Source: a virus. Taken from it: 64,000 nt of DNA. The stretch is from positions 37,658 to 101,657 of the IMG/VR virus record IMGVR_UViG_3300005841_000001, one strand, 5' to 3'. A model generated the notes under the pieces. That model was not told the origin of the DNA and made no database searches. It saw only the letters and a list, made by a program, of their open reading frames with translations. The position numbers were made by a program, and so were the translations under genes. The first letter of the stretch is position 1; each line of letters begins with the position of its first letter. Positions 61,649 through 64,000 of this stretch are shown here, one piece after another.

Positions 61649-62802
61649 CCAGCCCGAGCATCCAGCCCTCCCCGGACCTGTCCGGGTACGTCGACCTGCG
61701 AGTTTTCGACCTGAGTGATCAGGACATCGTCGCCGGCGCCATCGCCGCGCTCCAGCTGAACATGCCCGGCTGGATCCCGCGGGAAGGCAACACCGAGATT
61801 CTGATCTTGGAATCTCTCGCGCTGGAGATCGCCGAAGGAATCGTGGCGATCAACCGCCTGCCCGGCGCCGTCGTGCAAGCGTTGCTTCTGCTGGCCGGGG
61901 TCGACAAGGACTTCGGCGCGGCGCCGGTCGCGTCGGCGACGTTCACCCTCGGCGACGCCAACGGCTACACCATCCCGGCCGGAACCCGGCTTTACTTGCC
62001 GCTCGAAGACGGCTCGACGGTGGCGTTCCTGGTGCAGGTCCCTGGCCTCGAGATCCCCGCCGGTGACGTCACCGGCACATGCGCGATCATCGCCGACACC
62101 TTCACCGGCCGCGCCAATGGGACGCCGATCGGCAGTCCGTTGATCATGGCGAGCCCCGTTCCGTTCGTCGAGTCCGTCCAGCTCGCGACCGCGATCGCCG
62201 ACGGTGCCGACCCCGAAACCGATGACCAGTGGCGCGACCGCGGCGTGGCCCGGTTGTCTCGGCTGTCCGACGCCCTCGTGGTGCCCCGTCACTTCGAGGC
62301 CGCCGCGCTCGAGCTGCCCGAGGTCACGCGCGCCGTCGGCATCGACCTGTGGGACCCGCTCGGTGGCGGTGTGCCGGGTGACGACCCCGGGCATATGACG
62401 GTGGCCGTCCTCGGCGAGAACGGCGCCGCGCTGTCCACTGAAGCCAAGGACGCCATCGAGCAGAGCATGGAGGCTCGCGCGGTCGCGGTGCTCGACGTGC
62501 ACGTCATTGACGTCTCGATCACCACCGTGGCGCTCACCGCCAGCGTGACCGTGCTCGACGGCTACGACGTCGCGACCACCCTCACCGCGGTGCACGACGC
62601 GCTCGTGACCTACGTCGACCCGCTCACCTGGGCCTGGGGCGGCGTCATCCGTCGCAACGAGGTCATCTCGCTGGTCGACCGGGTGCCCGGCGTCGACTAC
62701 GTCGTGGACATCTCGATCGCCGGCGCGCCCGGGGACTACACGATCGTCGGCCCCGCGGCGCTGCCCAAGGCCGGCGCCGTGACCGTCACGGAGGGGCCGT
62801 GA
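61645..62802 (+). CDS. Baseplate J-like protein
   Basis: TIPAGT, GADPETDDQWRDR, VPGVDYV. Confidence 0.9.
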   Translation: MTSPSIQPSPDLSGYVDLRVFDLSDQDIVAGAIAALQLNMPGWIPREGNTEILILESLALEIAEGIVAINRLPGAVVQALLLLAGVDKDFGAAPVASATFTLGDANGYTIPAGTRLYLPLEDGSTVAFLVQVPGLEIPAGDVTGTCAIIADTFTGRANGTPIGSPLIMASPVPFVESVQLATAIADGADPETDDQWRDRGVARLSRLSDALVVPRHFEAAALELPEVTRAVGIDLWDPLGGGVPGDDPGHMTVAVLGENGAALSTEAKDAIEQSMEARAVAVLDVHVIDVSITTVALTASVTVLDGYDVATTLTAVHDALVTYVDPLTWAWGGVIRRNEVISLVDRVPGVDYVVDISIAGAPGDYTIVGPAALPKAGAVTVTEGP

Positions 62803-64000
62803 CGGATCCCCTCACCTCCGAGCCGATGCCCGGTGACGGCCAGGTGCCGTACCTGACGTTGTTGGTGCAGCGGCTGTGGGGCCGCCTGCCCGAGACCTAC
62901 CGCACTTTCGACGCGGTGAACCGGACCTGGCCGTTCAAGCGCTACCTCGGCGCGGCCATGGAGCAGGCCGGCGTCATCGACGACACCGTCACCGCGATCG
63001 CCGGCGAGAACCCGGTGGGACCGGCGACGCCCGAGCCGTGGTCGCTCGACGGTGACCAGCTCGAGCAGTGGCGGGCGGCCCGGCGCTTTCGGCCCTCGGC
63101 CCTCGGTGACCCGGACCAAGCCGATGCGAAGTGGCTGACGTGGCTGGCTCAGCTGGTCGGTGCTCGACTGGACCCGGCGGCGACGGAAGCGGAGAAGCGG
63201 AACACGATCAAGTTCGCGACGTCAGGATGGCGGGCCGGCACCCGGCAGGCGATCGCCGACGCCGCGAGGACGGCGCTCACCGGCTCGAAATACGCCGTGG
63301 TGATGCCGCACAAGATCCCCGCGGTCGGCGGGGGCGTGACCGACGGGACGATCTGGGACGTCACGATCGTGACGCAGACCGCGGAGACGCCGGACTCGGC
63401 CGCGGTGCTCGCCGCGGTGCTGCGCGCCGGGGTGAAGCCGGCCGGCGTGGTGCTGCACGTGGCCGACTACGGCTCGACGTGGGACTTGATCGAGGCCTAC
63501 TACCCGACGTGGGACGACCTCGAGCTGGCTACCTGGGACGAGATCGAGCAGATCGGACGGGAGTACGCGACCGTGCCCGGCAACATCCTGGTCAACCCCA
63601 GCTTCGAGGCCGATCTGACGCACTGGAGCGCCCAGGGCGGGAACTCGACAATCGGGCGGATCGCCGGCGGCCTCGACGGCGTCGCGATGTGCCGGGTCAC
63701 CACGACCGGGGCCGGCACCGGCGGTATCCAGCACGACGGCGCCGTGTCCTCGGCCGTCACGCCGGGGCCCTACCTGTTCGTGCTGTCGGTGCGCCCGGAT
63801 CTCGCCCGCAACGCGCAGGTGGTGGCGAACTACTTCGCCGGCGCGACGCCGCTGGGCACGCAGACAGTGGGCCCCTACGCGCTGGTCGCCGACGAGTGGA
63901 ACCGGGTTGGCGGTTCGTTCACCGCGCCGGCCACCTGTAACAAGATCGTCTTCTACGTGCAGGTCCTCGGCATGGGGTCGGGCGAGCTGTTCGACGTCGA
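62799..64000 (+). CDS. P2 gpI-like baseplate/tail protein with CBM-like domain (3'-truncated)
   Basis: GTGA overlap; LPETYR, WLTWLAQLVG, GTRQAI, KPAGV, NILVNPSFE; frame open to window end. Confidence 0.8.
   Translation, partial: MTDPLTSEPMPGDGQVPYLTLLVQRLWGRLPETYRTFDAVNRTWPFKRYLGAAMEQAGVIDDTVTAIAGENPVGPATPEPWSLDGDQLEQWRAARRFRPSALGDPDQADAKWLTWLAQLVGARLDPAATEAEKRNTIKFATSGWRAGTRQAIADAARTALTGSKYAVVMPHKIPAVGGGVTDGTIWDVTIVTQTAETPDSAAVLAAVLRAGVKPAGVVLHVADYGSTWDLIEAYYPTWDDLELATWDEIEQIGREYATVPGNILVNPSFEADLTHWSAQGGNSTIGRIAGGLDGVAMCRVTTTGAGTGGIQHDGAVSSAVTPGPYLFVLSVRPDLARNAQVVANYFAGATPLGTQTVGPYALVADEWNRVGGSFTAPATCNKIVFYVQVLGMGSGELFDV

Noticed and set aside
50428-64000. Stand-alone contractile injection system (eCIS/tailocin)
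   Set aside because: Terminase, portal, protease and capsid are present, so a complete phage is the simpler reading.

Overview
This window is a 64-kb slice of a high-GC actinobacterial tailed phage or prophage with an HK97-type head and a contractile (myovirus-type) tail. Layout: putative terminase small subunit at the left edge, then terminase large subunit (4.8-6.3 kb). Next comes a ~24-kb block of small, mostly unknown genes arranged divergently around ~15.1 kb. This block includes MazG-like, DUF2786, WhiB, an HTH regulator, a membrane hydrolase, a PnuC-like protein, tRNA-Glu and structured non-coding tracts. It is punctuated by ~23 copies of a 29-bp promoter with a palindromic operator in its spacer; a 24th copy lies in the tail region. 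At 26.5-31.6 kb is an actinomycete plasmid/AICE-type conjugation module: TraB-like FtsK translocase, DUF2637/Spd-like protein, GntR KorA/TraR-like repressor, and clt-like repeats. The rest is portal, MuF, 2H phosphoesterase, a 2957-aa prohead-protease/metallopeptidase fusion, major capsid, neck, sheath, tube, chaperone with -1 frameshift, tape measure and baseplate genes running off the right edge. No integrase, replication or lysis genes were recognised in the window. The most striking points are a virion-forming phage carrying an apparently intact TraB hyphal-conjugation system, the operator-promoter cassette array, and a putative capsid cargo set. All calls come from motif reading by eye; no database searches were run.
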